In this document: one piece after another, positions 12,336 through 24,812 of the stretch
Layout: each line of letters opens with the position of its first letter
Numbering within the stretch: position 1 is the first letter of the stretch
Source of the DNA: Camelus dromedarius
Lineage: Eukaryota
Length of the DNA stretch: 64,000 bases
Assembly: GCF_036321535.1 (NCBI RefSeq)
Contig: NC_087437.1
Span: forward strand, 61,196,001-61,260,000
Direction of reading: 5' to 3'
Made by a program: the position numbers and the translations under genes
The notes under the pieces: generated by a model
What the model saw: the letters and a program-made list of their open reading frames with translations, nothing else
Told to the model about the DNA's origin: nothing
Databases searched by the model: none

Positions 12336-14750
12336 GGGAGTGGCCAAGATGGCAGAGTAGGAAGACCTTGAGTTCACCTCTTCCCACAGGCACACCAGAA
12401 GTACAACTATTTACAGAAAAACTATTGATGAGAATGACCTGAAGACAAGTGGAAAAGATTTTCCACAACTAAAAATATAAAGAAGGAACCTATGAGATGG
12501 GCAGGAGAGGTGGAGATGCTATATAGTCAGACCCACACAGCTGGATGGGCAACCCACAAACAGTAGCTAACTATCATTGTGGAGGGTCTCCCCAAGGAGT
12601 GAGAGGTCTGAGCTCCACATCGGGCTCCCCAGCCTAGGAGTCCTGCACTGGGAAGATGGGCCCCCAGAACATCTAGCTCTGAAGGCCAGCAGGGCTTGTG
12701 TACGGGAGAGCTGGAGGGCTTAAGAAATAGAGACTCCGCTCCCAAAGAGCACATGCAAAATCTCACATGCTCGAAGACCTTGTGCAGAGGCGGTAGTTTG
12801 GAAGGAGACTGGGTCAGCTCCACTAGATGATCTTGGAGAGCCTCCTGGAGAGGCAGGAGGCAACAGGGACTTCCCGTGGGGACACAGATGCTGTTGGCAG
12901 CCGTTTTGGGGAGGTTATTCTACCACAAGGACACTGGTACTGGCTAGTGCCATTTTGGAGTCCTCCCCTTAGCCTGTTAGCATTGGGGGCTTACCTGCCC
13001 ACCAATGGGCCAGCACCAGCCCCAGGAACCCCTAGGACCTGGAAACCCAGCCCCACCCACCAGTGGGCTGGCAGCCTCCACACGGGCCAGCCCTGCCTAT
13101 CAGTGCACCCACAGTGGCTGGCCCTGCCACAACAGAAGGCCCCACACAGCTCACATAGAGGGCATGCCTAGAACATACAGCTCTGGCGACCAGAGAGGAG
13201 TGTGCTGCTGGGCTCTGTGGGATGACTCCTATATAAGGCCACTTCTCCAAGATTGGGAAGTGTAACCAAACTACCCAATACATAGAAATAAAAGCAGAGA
13301 ATTGGGCAAAATGAGGCAACAGAGAAGTATGTCCCAAATGAAGGAATAAAATAAAACCCCAGAAAAAGAACTAAGCAACATGGAGATAATCTACCCAATA
13401 AAGAGTTAAAAGTAATGATCACATAGATACTCAATGAACATTGGAGAAGAATGGGTGAACACAGAAAGAACTTTAATGAAGAGTTATAAAATACAAAGAA
13501 GACCAAATAGAGCTAAAGAATACAATAACTGAAATAAAAAAAAAAACACTAGAAGGAATCAACAGTAGACTAGACAGTACAGAGGAACAAATCAGCAAAC
13601 TGGAAGACAGAATAGTAGAAACCACCCAAGTTAAACAAAACAAAAGAATTTTTAAAAATGAGGATAGTTTAAGAGACCTCCGGGACAACATCAAGCATAC
13701 AAAGATTTGCATTATAGGGGTCCTAGAAGGAGGAGAGAGAAAGGGGCAGAGAACTTATTTAAAGAGATAATAGCTCAAAACTTCTTTAAAGTGGGGAAGA
13801 AAACAGAAGAACTGAATAGACATTTTCTCAAGAAAACACACAGGTGGCCAACAGACACATGAAAAGATGCTCAGCATCGCTAATCAGGGAAATGCAAATC
13901 AAAACTACAATAACATATCACTTCACACCTGCAGAATGGCTTATCAAAAAGAAAAATAAATATTGGCAAGAATGTGGAGGAAAGGGAACCCTTGTGCACT
14001 GTTGGTGGGAATTTGTGCAGCCATTGGAAAAACAGTATGGAGGTTTCTCAAACATTAAAAGTGGAACCACCATACGATTTAGCTATTTCACTTCTGGGTA
14101 TTTTTCCAAAGAAAATGAAAACATAATAATATACATAATTTAACATAATAGTAAACATAATTTGAAAAGATATATGCAGCCCTATGTTCACTGCAGCTTT
14201 ATTTGCAATAGCCATAATATGAAAGCAACCTAAGTGTCCATTAATAGATGAATGGATAAAAAAAGATATGGTATGTATACAATAGAACAGTACTGAGCCG
14301 TAAGAAAGAATGAAATCCTGCCATTTGTAACAACGTGGATAGACCTTGAAGGTATTACACAAAGTGAAATAAGTTAGAGAAAGACAAATGTCATAAGAAT
14401 TCACTTCTGTGTGGAATCTAAAAACCACAGCAAGTGAGCAAACATTACAAAACAGAAACAGACTCCTAGATACAGAGAACAAACAGGTGGTTGCCAGAGG
14501 GGAGGGAGTCGGGGAGGAGTAGAATAGTTGAGGACGATTAAGAGGTAGACTTCCATTTACAAAGTAAATGAGCACAGGGGTGAAATATACAGCATGGGGA
14601 ATATAGTCAGCAGTGTTATAATACCTTTGTAGGATGACAGACGGTGAGTAAACTTATTGTGGTGATCGTTTTGTAATGTATGGAAATACCCAATCACTGT
14701 GTTGTATACCTGAAGCTAACGTAGTGTTTAGGTAAATTATACTTCAGTTA
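12336..14750 (+). mobile_element. L1 with 5'UTR and partial ORF1 joined to the ORF2 C-terminus and 3'UTR (internally deleted)
   Basis: 5' end GGCCAAGATGGCAGAGTAGG (YY1-type). Degraded ORF1 runs from ATG at about 13311 to about 13807, then switches abruptly to the ORF2p C-terminus (ORF 13844-14143 [22 protein letters not shown]) and an L1MA9/L1_Art-type 3'UTR. Confidence 0.88.
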
Positions 14751-15499
14751 GAAACACCAAGTTTAGTGAAAAGGAAAGGAATGATAGATGCCACCTTTGG
14801 AATAGTGGGTACTTGGGTGGAGGGGAGAGGGATGTGACTGGGGACTTCAGATGCCTTCATATTCTCTTTGTCTAAAGCTGACTGGGAGGTGCATCGGTTT
14901 GTTTTAATTTCTTTTATAACATATAATATGTTATTTTTATCTAAGAAGTAACTCATAAAAAGAGAAAAATTTTAAAAAGAATTAGAAAAAAGATTTGGAG
15001 GCAAGGATAGACAACATTCTGAAGGAGTTTTGCTGTTGTGGGGAGGAGTGAAATGGGGTGATGGCTGGAGGAGGATGAGGGGAGTTTTCCCATTTTATAT
15101 GTGAAGAGCTAAGTTCAGAGAGGTGGAGTGTCTCACTGAGGCTCACACAGCCCTCCTGGCTCAGCCGGGAGTGGCATCCAGTCCCTGGCCCCCGCACAAT
15201 GCCCTTTCCTTCCCCACAGCTGCTGCCTCTTTCTCGAGGTCATCATGAGGGTCTTTGGACACAGGCCCTCAGATTGGTCCTCCTGCTCCTAGCAGCATTC
15301 CAGGACTCGGAGCCTTGGAGCTAGAGGGACCAGTGCCACCTCTTGACATACTTGACTGAACTTCCCTCTCATTTGTCCTCTTACTGTGATATGGAATCAG
15401 TTTCCAGATGCGTGTATGCTTGTGTATCTGTTTTTTTATTCTGTATGCTGACGAGTGTTCAGAGTCTTCATGAGCAGTGAGTGCTCAGAACACTGCAGC

Positions 15500-15690
15500 C
15501 GTAGGCAGGCACCCTGCGTTGGAATCCTGACTGCATTTGCTATCGGTTTGACCTTCGGCCAAGTTCTTTAACTTTTCTGAGCCTAATCTGCAAAAGGGGG
15601 CTAATGCCTACATCCCAGGGTAGAATTGAGGACTGAGGGAGAGACGGTAGAGTGCCCAGCACAGAGCATGACACACAGCAGGTGCTCGGT
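15500..15690 (+). mobile_element. MIR SINE (one of many degraded copies)
   Basis: GGAATCCTGAC...TGACCTTCGGCCAAGTTCTTTAACTTTTCTGAGCCT...ATCTGCAAAAGGGG core. Similar relics lie near 710-900, 3400-3550, 3960-4080, 5110-5350, 6200-6330, 8620-8740, 23780-24200, 42480-42660, 52630-52830, 57870-58100, 61510-61740 and 63690-63850. Confidence 0.75.
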
Positions 15691-16489
15691 GAAGGCAGGG
15701 TCCCTTCCCTGCCCCGTCCCCACTCCATTTCTTGCACAGGGCGAGTCTGGGTCTTCTCTGCCTCTGTTTGGCCAAGTGCAGACCATCCACCACATGCCTG
15801 CCTGTGCTGGTAATCTTAAGACCAGGTTTTACCGTAGGAAGAGGGTCTGAGCCAGTGTCCTGGAGAGTTTTCCTGGCTCCTCTTGAGAGCCAATATGTGG
15901 TCATGAGGCGGTTGTCACTGAGGCTGCCAAATGATGGCCCTGAGTGACCCTGCAGCTGTTCTGGAACCTGGCACTTAGTCCAGGGAGCTGGAGAATTTAC
16001 TCTCTGCTGTGACCCCAGCCCTCCCTGGGGTGATGGCCTGGGGTGATGGCCTAAGCTCAGTTTTAGCTCAGTTCATCCATCAAGAAAAGGGAATATCACT
16101 CCCCTCTGCATGCCTCATTTTCTTCCATGAAATAACCGTTGGATGGGACCATCTCTGAGTTCCTGCCAGCAATGTAGATGCTAGACTTTTTGTAAGCTGT
16201 CAGACACGGGGGCCCTGTTTTACTTTGCTTAAATTCCAGAGCATTTAGTTCCCCAGCACCTGCAGGAGTCAAATCTAGCAGAAGTCAAAGGAGAGAAAGT
16301 CTGGGGCCCTCTGAACACAGGCAGGGACAGAGCACCGAGCACCTGGCCAGCTGTGCCCTGTGAACAAGAACAGGCTCGGCAGAGAAGGCCTCCATCAGCG
16401 TGTGGCCCCCATCGGCCTCAAGATACGCAGTCTTTGCCTCAATACCTTCACTTCTGGGAAATGAGTCTACTGAAATGCTCAGAAAGATG

Positions 16490-16960
16490 AGTAACAGTAT
16501 ATACATAGAGATGTTTATCTTAGTACTGTTTAAAATATTGAAAAACTTTGTAAATAACCAAAATAGTTAGAAAAAGAAGACTAATTGAATAAATTTTTTG
16601 TCTCTATGAACACATAACAGGAAGCTATTAAAAATCACATTATAGGAGATTTTGGAAATACTTATAATACGTTAAGTGAAAAAGTAGCATATGTAATTGT
16701 ATCTATTGAATGATATAAACTACAGATGGACAGATAGCTGTGCATACATGTCAGTGTTCAAGATAAATATATCATGTTATTAGAGGCAGCTGTCTCTGGG
16801 TAGTGGGGTTATTGGTAATTTTTATTTCTTTATGAGTTTTTATATGTAATATATGAGATATGTTATTTACATCTTTACCTCTTTAGACTTTTCTATAACT
16901 GTATGATTTTAAATAAATATTTCTTTTATATGCAGAAAAACAACAAAGTGTCATTAAAAT
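16490..16960 (+). mobile_element. Ancient L1ME-like 3' fragment
   Basis: GATGTTTATCTTAGTACTGTTT...TAAGTGAAAAAGTAG...GTCTCTGGGTAGTGGGGTT pattern typical of old L1M 3'UTRs. Confidence 0.6.
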
Positions 16961-17429
16961 TTTTATTTTTAATAGTGACAAGTTTTTTTAATATATATTT
17001 TTATTGAAGTATAGTCAGTTTACAATGTTGTGTCAATTTCTGGTGTACAGCATAATGCTTCAGTCATACATGAACATACGTATGTTCATTTTCATATTCT
17101 TTTTCACCATAAGTTACTACAAGATATTGAATATAGTTCCCTGTGCTATACAGTATGAACTTGTTTATCTGTTTTATATATAGAAGTTAGTATCTGCAAA
17201 TCTTGAACTCCCAGTTTATTCCTTCCTACCCACTTCCCCCTCTGGTAGCTATAAGTTTGTTTTCTATGTCTGAGTCTATTTCTGTTTTGTAAATAAGTTC
17301 ATTTGTCTTTTTTTTTAGATTTCACATATAAGTGATATCATATAGTATTTTTCTGGTTTGATAATTTTCTTTGGTACTAGCTTGGTTTCTGTCACTCTGT
17401 TCTATGCTTTTGATTTGTGTACCGTTTTT

Positions 17430-17505
17430 TTTTTTTAATTTTTATTGAGTTATAGTCAGTTTACAATGTTGTGTCAATTTCTGGTGTACAGCACAATTTT
17501 TCTGG
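17430..17505 (-). mobile_element. Very short L1 3'-tail insertion nested in the preceding element
   Basis: About 65 bp nearly identical to 17000-17052 (TTATTGA..TATAGTCAGTTTACAATGTTGTGTCAATTTCTGGTGTACAGCA) with poly-T. TSD TTGTGTACC(CC)GTTTT at 17415 and 17506. Confidence 0.85.
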
Positions 17506-17781
17506 TTGTGTACCCCGTTTTTCAAGTATGTTAACCCCTTACTGTATCTATTTGCTTTAAACTGATAGTCATTTGCTTTAAACTGATAGTCACATCCTAA
17601 AAAGAATGGAGAAAAAAATAAGAGAGAAAAAGATCTATTTTCTTGCTCCCATCTCCCACCTTTTATGATTTTGATGTCTTTTTTTTTTACATCTTCATGT
17701 TTATTCTCTTGCAACTCGTTGTAGTTATTGCATTTCCAATTAAGATTGTCTTGTTTCTGTAGCTTCCTGCTTCTTTTCTAT

Positions 17782-18656
17782 TTAGAGTAGACCTTTCAAC
17801 ATTTCTTTTAGCATAGGTTTAGTATCGCTGAATTCTTTCAGTTTTTGCTTGTCTGTGAAATTCTTTCTCCTACTCTAAAGGATAGTCTTGCCAGATAGAG
17901 TATCCTAGGTTGCAGCCTTTTCTCATTGAGGACTTTCAAAGTATCTTGCCACTTCTTTCTGGCCAGCAGTGTTTGTGTAGAGAAATCAGCTGAAAGCCTT
18001 ATTGGGGTTCCCTTATAACTAACTCTTCGTTTTTCTCTTGCCTTTAGAATCATTTCTTTGTCTTTAATTTTGACCATCTTAATTATAATATGTCTTAGTG
18101 TGGGTCTATTTGGGTTCTTCTTGTTGGGGACCTTCTGTGCTTCCTGTACTTGGATATCTGTTTCCTTCTTTAGGTTTAGAAAGTTTTCAGTCATGATTTC
18201 TTCAAATAGCTTTTCAATCTCCCTTTCTCTTTCTTCTCCTTCTGGGACTCCTATTATGCATAGACTGGCACACTTTATGTTATCTCAAAGATTCCTTATA
18301 TTGCTTTCATTGTTTTTTACTTGCTTTTCTGTCTGCTGTTCTGATTGGGTGTCTTCTAAGTCACTTATTCATTCCTCTGCATTATCTGGTCTGCTTTTGA
18401 CTGCCTTTAGCTTGGCCCTTATCTCAGCCATTGAGTTTTGTTTTTAATTGGCTCCTCTTTATAGTTTCTATTTCCTTTCCATAGTATTCTCTGTCTCTAT
18501 TCATAGACTCTCTTATTTCTGTCAGTGCTTTTATCACCCCCTTTTTGAAGTCATGATCCAGTAGACTGTCGAGGTCTATCTCATTGTTCATTCTTTCAGG
18601 GGACTTCTGTTTTTGTTTTGTTTTTTAAATTGGGAGTGGTTCCTCTGCTTCTTCAT
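17782..18656 (-). pseudogene. Degraded L1 ORF1p (RRM/CTD region recognisable)
   Basis: ORF 17838-18194 contains ENFLNL..DIQVQEAQKVP..RHIIIKM..KEMILKAREK..YKGTPIRLSADFS..ARKKW..QPRILY, the hallmark L1 ORF1p motifs. It is interrupted by frameshifts and stops. Confidence 0.9.
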
Positions 18657-20214
18657 TTTACTTACATTTCTCCATCTACTGTGGTCTTGAAGGGCTATTT
18701 TTTGTTTGTTTGTTTTTATTTAAAGTGGGAGTGTTCCTGTGCAGACTGTGTTCATTTAATAGCTTTGTTGTGAGGGCTGTTCTTAGTATGGATGGTTGCC
18801 ACATCTTCCATGTGTGTTGGCTATTATCCTTTTGATTGGGGGTGTGGTTGGTGTTGTGGGGATCAGAGCCTGCCCTGATTGTTGTTGTTGAGCAGGGCCT
18901 CCTTTTTTGTTCTGTGGTTGTCACAGCCTTGACAGGGGCCAGGTCTGCTTCCCTGTTGCTGGAATAGAGGCTTCTAGACCCGTTTCTGAGCTGTGGTGTA
19001 TGGTAGGCAGGGTCGGAGCACTACAGCTGGGAAGAAGAGTCGCTGAGTGTACCTCTGCAGATGTCCCCTGGGAGGTGCCCTCTGTGTTGTTGTCTGTCAC
19101 TTGTTATGTGGGCTTAGAAAGTACTCTTTGTTGACGCTGCCTTTGTCCCTGCCTTAGCTGCTGGAATGTCTGCCACCTGCTCTGGTTCTGAGCTCCAGGA
19201 ACCACCAGCGCAGATCTGCCAATGTCAGGTGCTAGGACCCACCGTAGCAAGTATGCAGTCCCACACCTGAACCTGTGGTGCACCACAGGGTCAGTGCAGA
19301 CCCCAGCCCCACCTCCACACAGGGTGTGGTATGCCGGCCTGTTATAAATACTAGTACTCGCCCCTGCCATGTGCCAGAACTCCACTCACTGCCAGAGGCG
19401 TGGGTCTACAAGGGTGCAGAGAGAGCAGATCCACCCTCTCTGCCTGGGGCTGTAAACAAAACTCAGTCCCACCTGTGAAGTTGCTAGGCCGCTGGGTATG
19501 GATTCAGCTTTCAGCCCAGCCCATAGCAGCAATGGCTATGACCAAGCCCCACCTCTCTTCTCTCGAGAACACACCAACCGTGGAGGCAAGCAGAGGAATC
19601 CGCCATGGCACAGCTGCATTGCACCCCTCCCCTCAACGTCACCAGCAGTGGTGCTTTTGTATGGGGGTCCCAGGCTGTTCTGTTCTGCACACACCCCAGC
19701 CAGAGCTCACACTGCCCTCCAGTCCCCTGAGGCTGCCTCTGTGCAGTGGGCCCCAGCCCTCTGCCCGGGCTCCTCACAGATCTCCAGCAGCCAGTCCCGG
19801 CGTGTCCCTGCTGACTCACATCTAAGGCTGAGGACTGCAGGGACCCTCCATACCAGTTTCTCTTGGTTCTGTCTCCCAAGTGGCTGCCACTTTTTCTTCG
19901 GAGCCTCAGAAGCTCTGCTTTCGTCCCTGCTGACCACTCAGCTGGAGAGGCGGTGTCCCAGCATGAGGGTGCCTTTCTTCCTATGCCACTCCCTCCCTGC
20001 AGGACTGCTCCCACACCAATTTTCTTTTTCTTTTTTTCTCTTACTGGATTTTGTGAGAATCCTCCTGTATTTCAAAGTGAGAGACACTGCCAGAGTTCAG
20101 TTGCTCTGTGTGATTCAGTGGGTTTGTACGTGTAATTCTTGGTGTATTTGTGGGAGAGGGTGAGCTGTGGGTCTACTCTGCCACTTTGGCACCTCTGTGG
20201 TAAGTATTTTTAAT

Positions 20215-21062
20215 AATGGGAAAATACATATAACATAAAATTTAGCACCTTAACCATTTTTAAGTTAGCCATTTTAAACTGTAGTGTTAAGTACATTGAC
20301 ATTGTCATGTGACCAAACTCCTGAACTTTTTCCATCTTTTTTTTTTTTAAGAACTCTTTTCATCTTGCAAAACTAAGACTCTACCCATTGAACAAAAGCT
20401 CTCCACACCCACCCCTGGCAACCACCATTCTGCTCTCTGTCTCTATGAATCTTACTACTCCAGGTCCCTCATGTAAGTGAACACATAGTCTTTGTTTCCA
20501 TGTGGCTGGCTCATTTCACTTAGCATGATGACCTTATGGTTCATCTATGTCATAGCCTGTGTCAGAATTTCCTTCCTTTGTAAGGCTGAATAATATTCTG
20601 TTGTGTGTATAGACCACATTTTGTTTTTACATTTGTCTGTCAGTGGACACTTGGGTTGCTTCCACCTTTTGGCTATTATGAATATTGCCTCTATGAACAT
20701 GGATTTACAAATATCTCTTCAAGATCCTTCTTTCAGTTCTTTTGGGTATATACCCAGAAGTGCAATTGCTGAATCATATGGTAATTCTGTTTTTAATTTT
20801 TTAAGGACCTACCATACCGTTTCCCACCAACAGTGCACAAGGGTTCCAATTTCTCTACATCCTGGTTAATGTTACTCTCTGTTTTTTTATTTTTTTAATT
20901 TTGTTTGTTTGTTTTTGTTTTGGAGAAAGTAATTAGGTTCATTTATTTGCTTATTTATTTGAATGGAGGTACTGGGGATTGAACCCAGGACCTTGTGTGT
21001 GTTAAGCATGCACTCGACCAGTGAGCTACAGCCTCCCCTCCTGTCTTTTTTTGATAATGGCC
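20215..21062 (-). mobile_element. L1MB-like 3' end, interrupted by a SINE
   Basis: AAAATACATATAACATAAAATTT...CCCCTGGCAACCACCATTCT...GGACACTTGGGTTGCTTCCAC...ATACCCAGAAGTG antisense L1 3' region. Confidence 0.85.
20882..21039 (-). mobile_element. tRNA-Ala-derived SINE (vic-1-like)
   Basis: GTAATTAGGTT...TGGAGGTACTGGGGATTGAACCCAGGACC...GAGCTACAGCCTCCCC. Confidence 0.9.
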
Positions 21063-21077
21063 AAAAAAAAATGTCAT

Positions 21078-21945
21078 TTTTAAAATTGAACTATAGTTGA
21101 TTTACAATATTGTGTTAGTTTCTGGTGTACAGCAAAGTGATTCACTTGTACATATATATATATGCATATTATTTTTTTATTCTTTTCCATTGTAGTTTAT
21201 TACAGAATATTGAGTATAATTCACTGTGCTATACAGTAGGACCTTATTGTTTATCTATTGTATATATAGTGGTTTGAATCTCCTATCCCAAACTCCTATT
21301 TATCCCTCCCCCATTCCCTTTCCTCTTTAGTAACCGTAAGTTTGTTTTCTATGTCTGTCAATACATTTCTATTTTGTAAGTAAGTACATTTGTCTCATAT
21401 TTTAGATGCCATATATAAGTAATACCATATGAAATTTGTCTTTCTTTTTCTGACTTACTTCACTTAGTACGATAATCTCTATGTCCATCCATGTTGCTGC
21501 AAATGGCATTATTTCATTCTTTTTTTATGGCTGAGTGGTATTCCATTGTATGTGTATACCACAGCTTCTTTATCCAATCATCTGTCAATGGACATTTAGG
21601 TTGCTTCTATGTCTTGGCTATTGTAAATAGTTCTGCTATGAACATTGAGGTACATGTATCTTTTTGAATTGGAGTTCCCTTCAGATATATGCCCAGAAGT
21701 GGGATTGCTGGATCATATGATAAGTCTATTTTTAGTTTTTTAAGGAACCTCCGTACTGTTTTCCATAGTGGCTGCACCAAATTACATTCCCACCAACAGT
21801 GTACGAGGGTTCCCTTCTCTCCACACCCGCTCCAACATTTGTTATTTGTAGACTTTTGAATGATGGCCATTCTGACTGGTGTGGGGTGGTACCTCATTGC
21901 AGTTTTGATTTGCAATTCTCTAATAATTAGCGATGTTGAGCATCT
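21078..21945 (-). mobile_element. 5'-truncated younger L1 (ORF2 C-terminus and 3'UTR)
   Basis: ORF 21607-22059 contains [64 protein letters not shown], the L1 ORF2p Cys-rich C-terminus. Confidence 0.92.
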
Positions 21946-23171
21946 CAACAAAAGTGTTGTTTTTAAAAGAGGCAGGCCAAGTTGCAATGCTGCCCATACT
22001 TTCTGTGTGCCAGATGCTGATTCCTGGGCTTGGTGTAGAGAGGGTACACAAAAGCACATTACAAAGTCCCAGCCTCCCTGGAGCTTGTGGACCAGCCAGG
22101 AGAACTGCCCTCACCACTCAGGATCCCCCCTGGAGGTATCTGGCCACATACCCTAAACTCATTTCAAAGGAAAGGCATTCAGGAAGGCCCCGTGCCAGAG
22201 GAGGGTTATAACCCGCTCTGTAACCATGGGCTGTAAAGGTATACATGAGGGCCTGGCTTGGCAAGCACAGCAGGATTAACCATGGCACACTTACAGCTTC
22301 TGGCATCACTACCAGGAGGATGCCAGGCCTGGCCTTAGGTCTTCCTGGCCTGGTCTGTGGGGCTGAAGCAGAAGGAGTGGGGCTGGGTTGCCTCCAGTCA
22401 GAGCTGCTCCCAAAGGCTTTGCAGAGAAATGGAGGTCCCCAGGCAAACTGGGGCGTTGACAGGGATCTGTTGTTGGACTCTGAGGAGGGCCAAAATAAGT
22501 CATTAGTGGACAGCAGAGCAGTAGGCAGGAAGCAGCCAAGTCGGCCTCCCAGATAGTTGATACCCAAGAATGCTCCACAGCACAGAACTTTCTGCATTTG
22601 CCTTGAAATAGCTGAGGGCAGGGGGATGGCCTAGCTGATGTCTAAAGGGCCCAACCAGCCCAAGGATGTCACTTGCTATTTCACTCTCATACTAATGCCT
22701 ATCGTAAATATTTATGTGGACAGTACAGCTTATTATATGTCCTATTTTGGTTTCTGTCCCTGGCATCTGTCTCTGAGACCAGAGAGTCCTTGGAACTTCC
22801 TTTATTTGGGATTGTTAGCATCAGTGGTTTGTGTCCCTTTTCCTGGTCCCTGAACCTTCTGCGGGTGCTCTGAGGTGAGGCAGAAGGCATAATGAAGTAC
22901 AGGCCATTGTCAATGGCCCCTGGACTATCATGGAACAGTTCTTTCTCACGCTGGGGAAATTAGCATCCATTTCAGCTTGTGGAAACCCACAGTCACCTCT
23001 ACCTCTGGTGACTCTCACCAGACAGAAATGACTCTCCCAGGCAGAAGTAGGGAGCTGTGACTCATGGTCCCATCTCCCACGGGTCTGCCCTGTGCCCAAA
23101 TTTCGCAACAGCAGCAGCTGTCCTCTAAGCAGGATCTGAGGGACCAGCAAGGGGTGGTGGGTGGCAGTAGC

Positions 23172-23314
23172 CAGGGCTGGCTGCATGGGTATGTGACCTG
23201 TGCAGTCACATGGGGTCCTGTGCTCAGAAGAGCCCCACTTGGGTTTAAGGCTCTGCTGTCACCAAAATTCTTAATTTTAAACAAGGTGCCCTGCAAGTTA
23301 TGTAGCTGGTCCTG
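23172..23314 (+). mobile_element. MER45A-like hAT-Tip100 MITE
   Basis: Terminal inverted repeats CAGGGCTGGCT...AGCTGGTCCTG. Internal GTGACCTGTGCAGTCAC and GCTCAGAAG match the recalled MER45A consensus. Confidence 0.8.
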
Positions 23315-24359
23315 GCGGCACCTCTTCTGCACCAGCCCTAGAGGACTGCTTCCCAGGGCATGAAAGACAAGACCATGCTGCACCCACACAGCCTCTGCCA
23401 TCTCTGAAGTCGCAGCAATTTGAATGATCACAACACATAATTGTCACTAGGCTCTGCCTTGTTTTAGACTTCTTTGACTGCATGTGCCATTCTGCAACTG
23501 GACTGTAGATTCCTAGGGCGAGGGCCAGGCCTCCAAGCAGCAGAGTGCCAGGCACTTGGCAGATGCTCAATAAATGCTAGTTGAAGAAACTTCTGAAGAT
23601 GTCAAGTCAGGTCAACTTTTTTAGAGGCAAAGGAAAACAAAACAGATGACTCCTGATTATAAAAAGTTGGATTTTGTCAGGAAAGTCTGTGGGAAATTAT
23701 GTGATCTTGGCTTACGCAAAACCAGAGCTGGTCCACAGCTGCATTTCCCCATTGCTGCATCTCTAGAAAGGTACTGATGTTATCCAACAGCGGTGCTGTA
23801 ATCCATCGTCTCCTATTTAATCCTACAACCTTTCGAGGTCTGCGAGGCTCAGAGAGCCAAGCAGATTGTCCATGGCCACACTCTGTCAAGGAGAAGAATG
23901 GGGATTTGAATGCAGGTCTGTCTGACTTCAAAGGCCTTGTTACTGGTGCTTTAATCCTGGGAAAGGCCAGAGACAGTAACTGAGTAAAGGAGGGGTGGGA
24001 CAGCTTCCTATAAGGAGCAGTCAGTTCAGCACCAAGCAGCAACGGAGTATCCGGATTAGACCCTGTAAAACCTTGACTCAGTAGTGTTCCTGCAAAGTGT
24101 GATGTGAAAAATGTGGAACTAGTCTTTCCTGCCTGCAGGAGGGGAGAGATAATAGCATTGACCTCATCGGGGTGCTGTGAAGATTAACTGAGACAATTAG
24201 TCGTGGCTGAAATGACTGCATCAAAGGACTAGACCTTGGGGTCTTGAACTGCCATTCCCAAAGCAGAGCTTCACTGCTTTCTGGAGATTGTTTCAGCTCT
24301 ACTTTGGAATATTAATTTAGTCTTTACAAAAAATATTTGCCACTAAGGGTCTTACTTCT

Positions 24360-24812
24360 TGACTTGGTGGTCTTCCCAATACCCAATTCCCCTTTTTCCT
24401 TACTAACAGAACCCTGATTTTATTTGGGGCAATTGAATGTCCAACAAGCTAAGCCCTGGTCATGGTAACCCAGCCCTCTCCTTTCCCAGCCTGCCTGGTG
24501 GCTGAGGGAGACCACGTGACCAGTTCTGGCCAATGGGACTTAAGTGGGAGGAGCTCCCAGGAGAGGCTGCCTGGTGCAGTTCCTTTGTCTTCCTTCTTTG
24601 AAAAGGTTCCTGATTTTTGGAGCTGCGGTAACTATACTTCCACGGAAGAAGGCCAGGAGAACCACAGAGATGCCAGCCCTGACACCCCTGAGCACCAGCC
24701 CCCACCCACTTTCAGATATTTTATTTTGTGAGACAAAGAAGCCCTTGTTTGTTCAAATACCTGCAAGTCAGGTTTTCTGTTGCTTGTAGCCACGTTTACT
24801 CTTGATTGACGT
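24360..24812 (+). mobile_element. Old MaLR LTR (MLT1I/J-like)
   Basis: CTAACAGAACCCTGATTTT...CCACGTGACCAGTTCTGGCCAATGGGAC...TTTTCTGTTGCTTGTAGCC. Confidence 0.7.

Larger units (their letters stand above)
16991..20196 (-). mobile_element. L1-derived element with 5'UTR, ORF1, inter-ORF and 3'UTR but no ORF2 (HAL1-like architecture)
   Basis: 5' end at about 20196, GC-rich 5'UTR of about 1.5 kb, and ORF1 at about 18656-17782. The inter-ORF region joins the 3'UTR at about 17350. TSD-like flanks GTGACAAGTTTTTTTAATA (16975) and GTGGTAAGTATTTTTAATA (20197). Confidence 0.85.

Noticed and set aside
19400..20163. ORFs of 141-221 aa on both strands
   Set aside because: They fall inside the GC-rich L1 5'UTR and I recognise no protein similarity.
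24025..24045. REST/NRSE site
   Set aside because: Only the left half TTCAGCACC matches; the GGACAG right half is absent.
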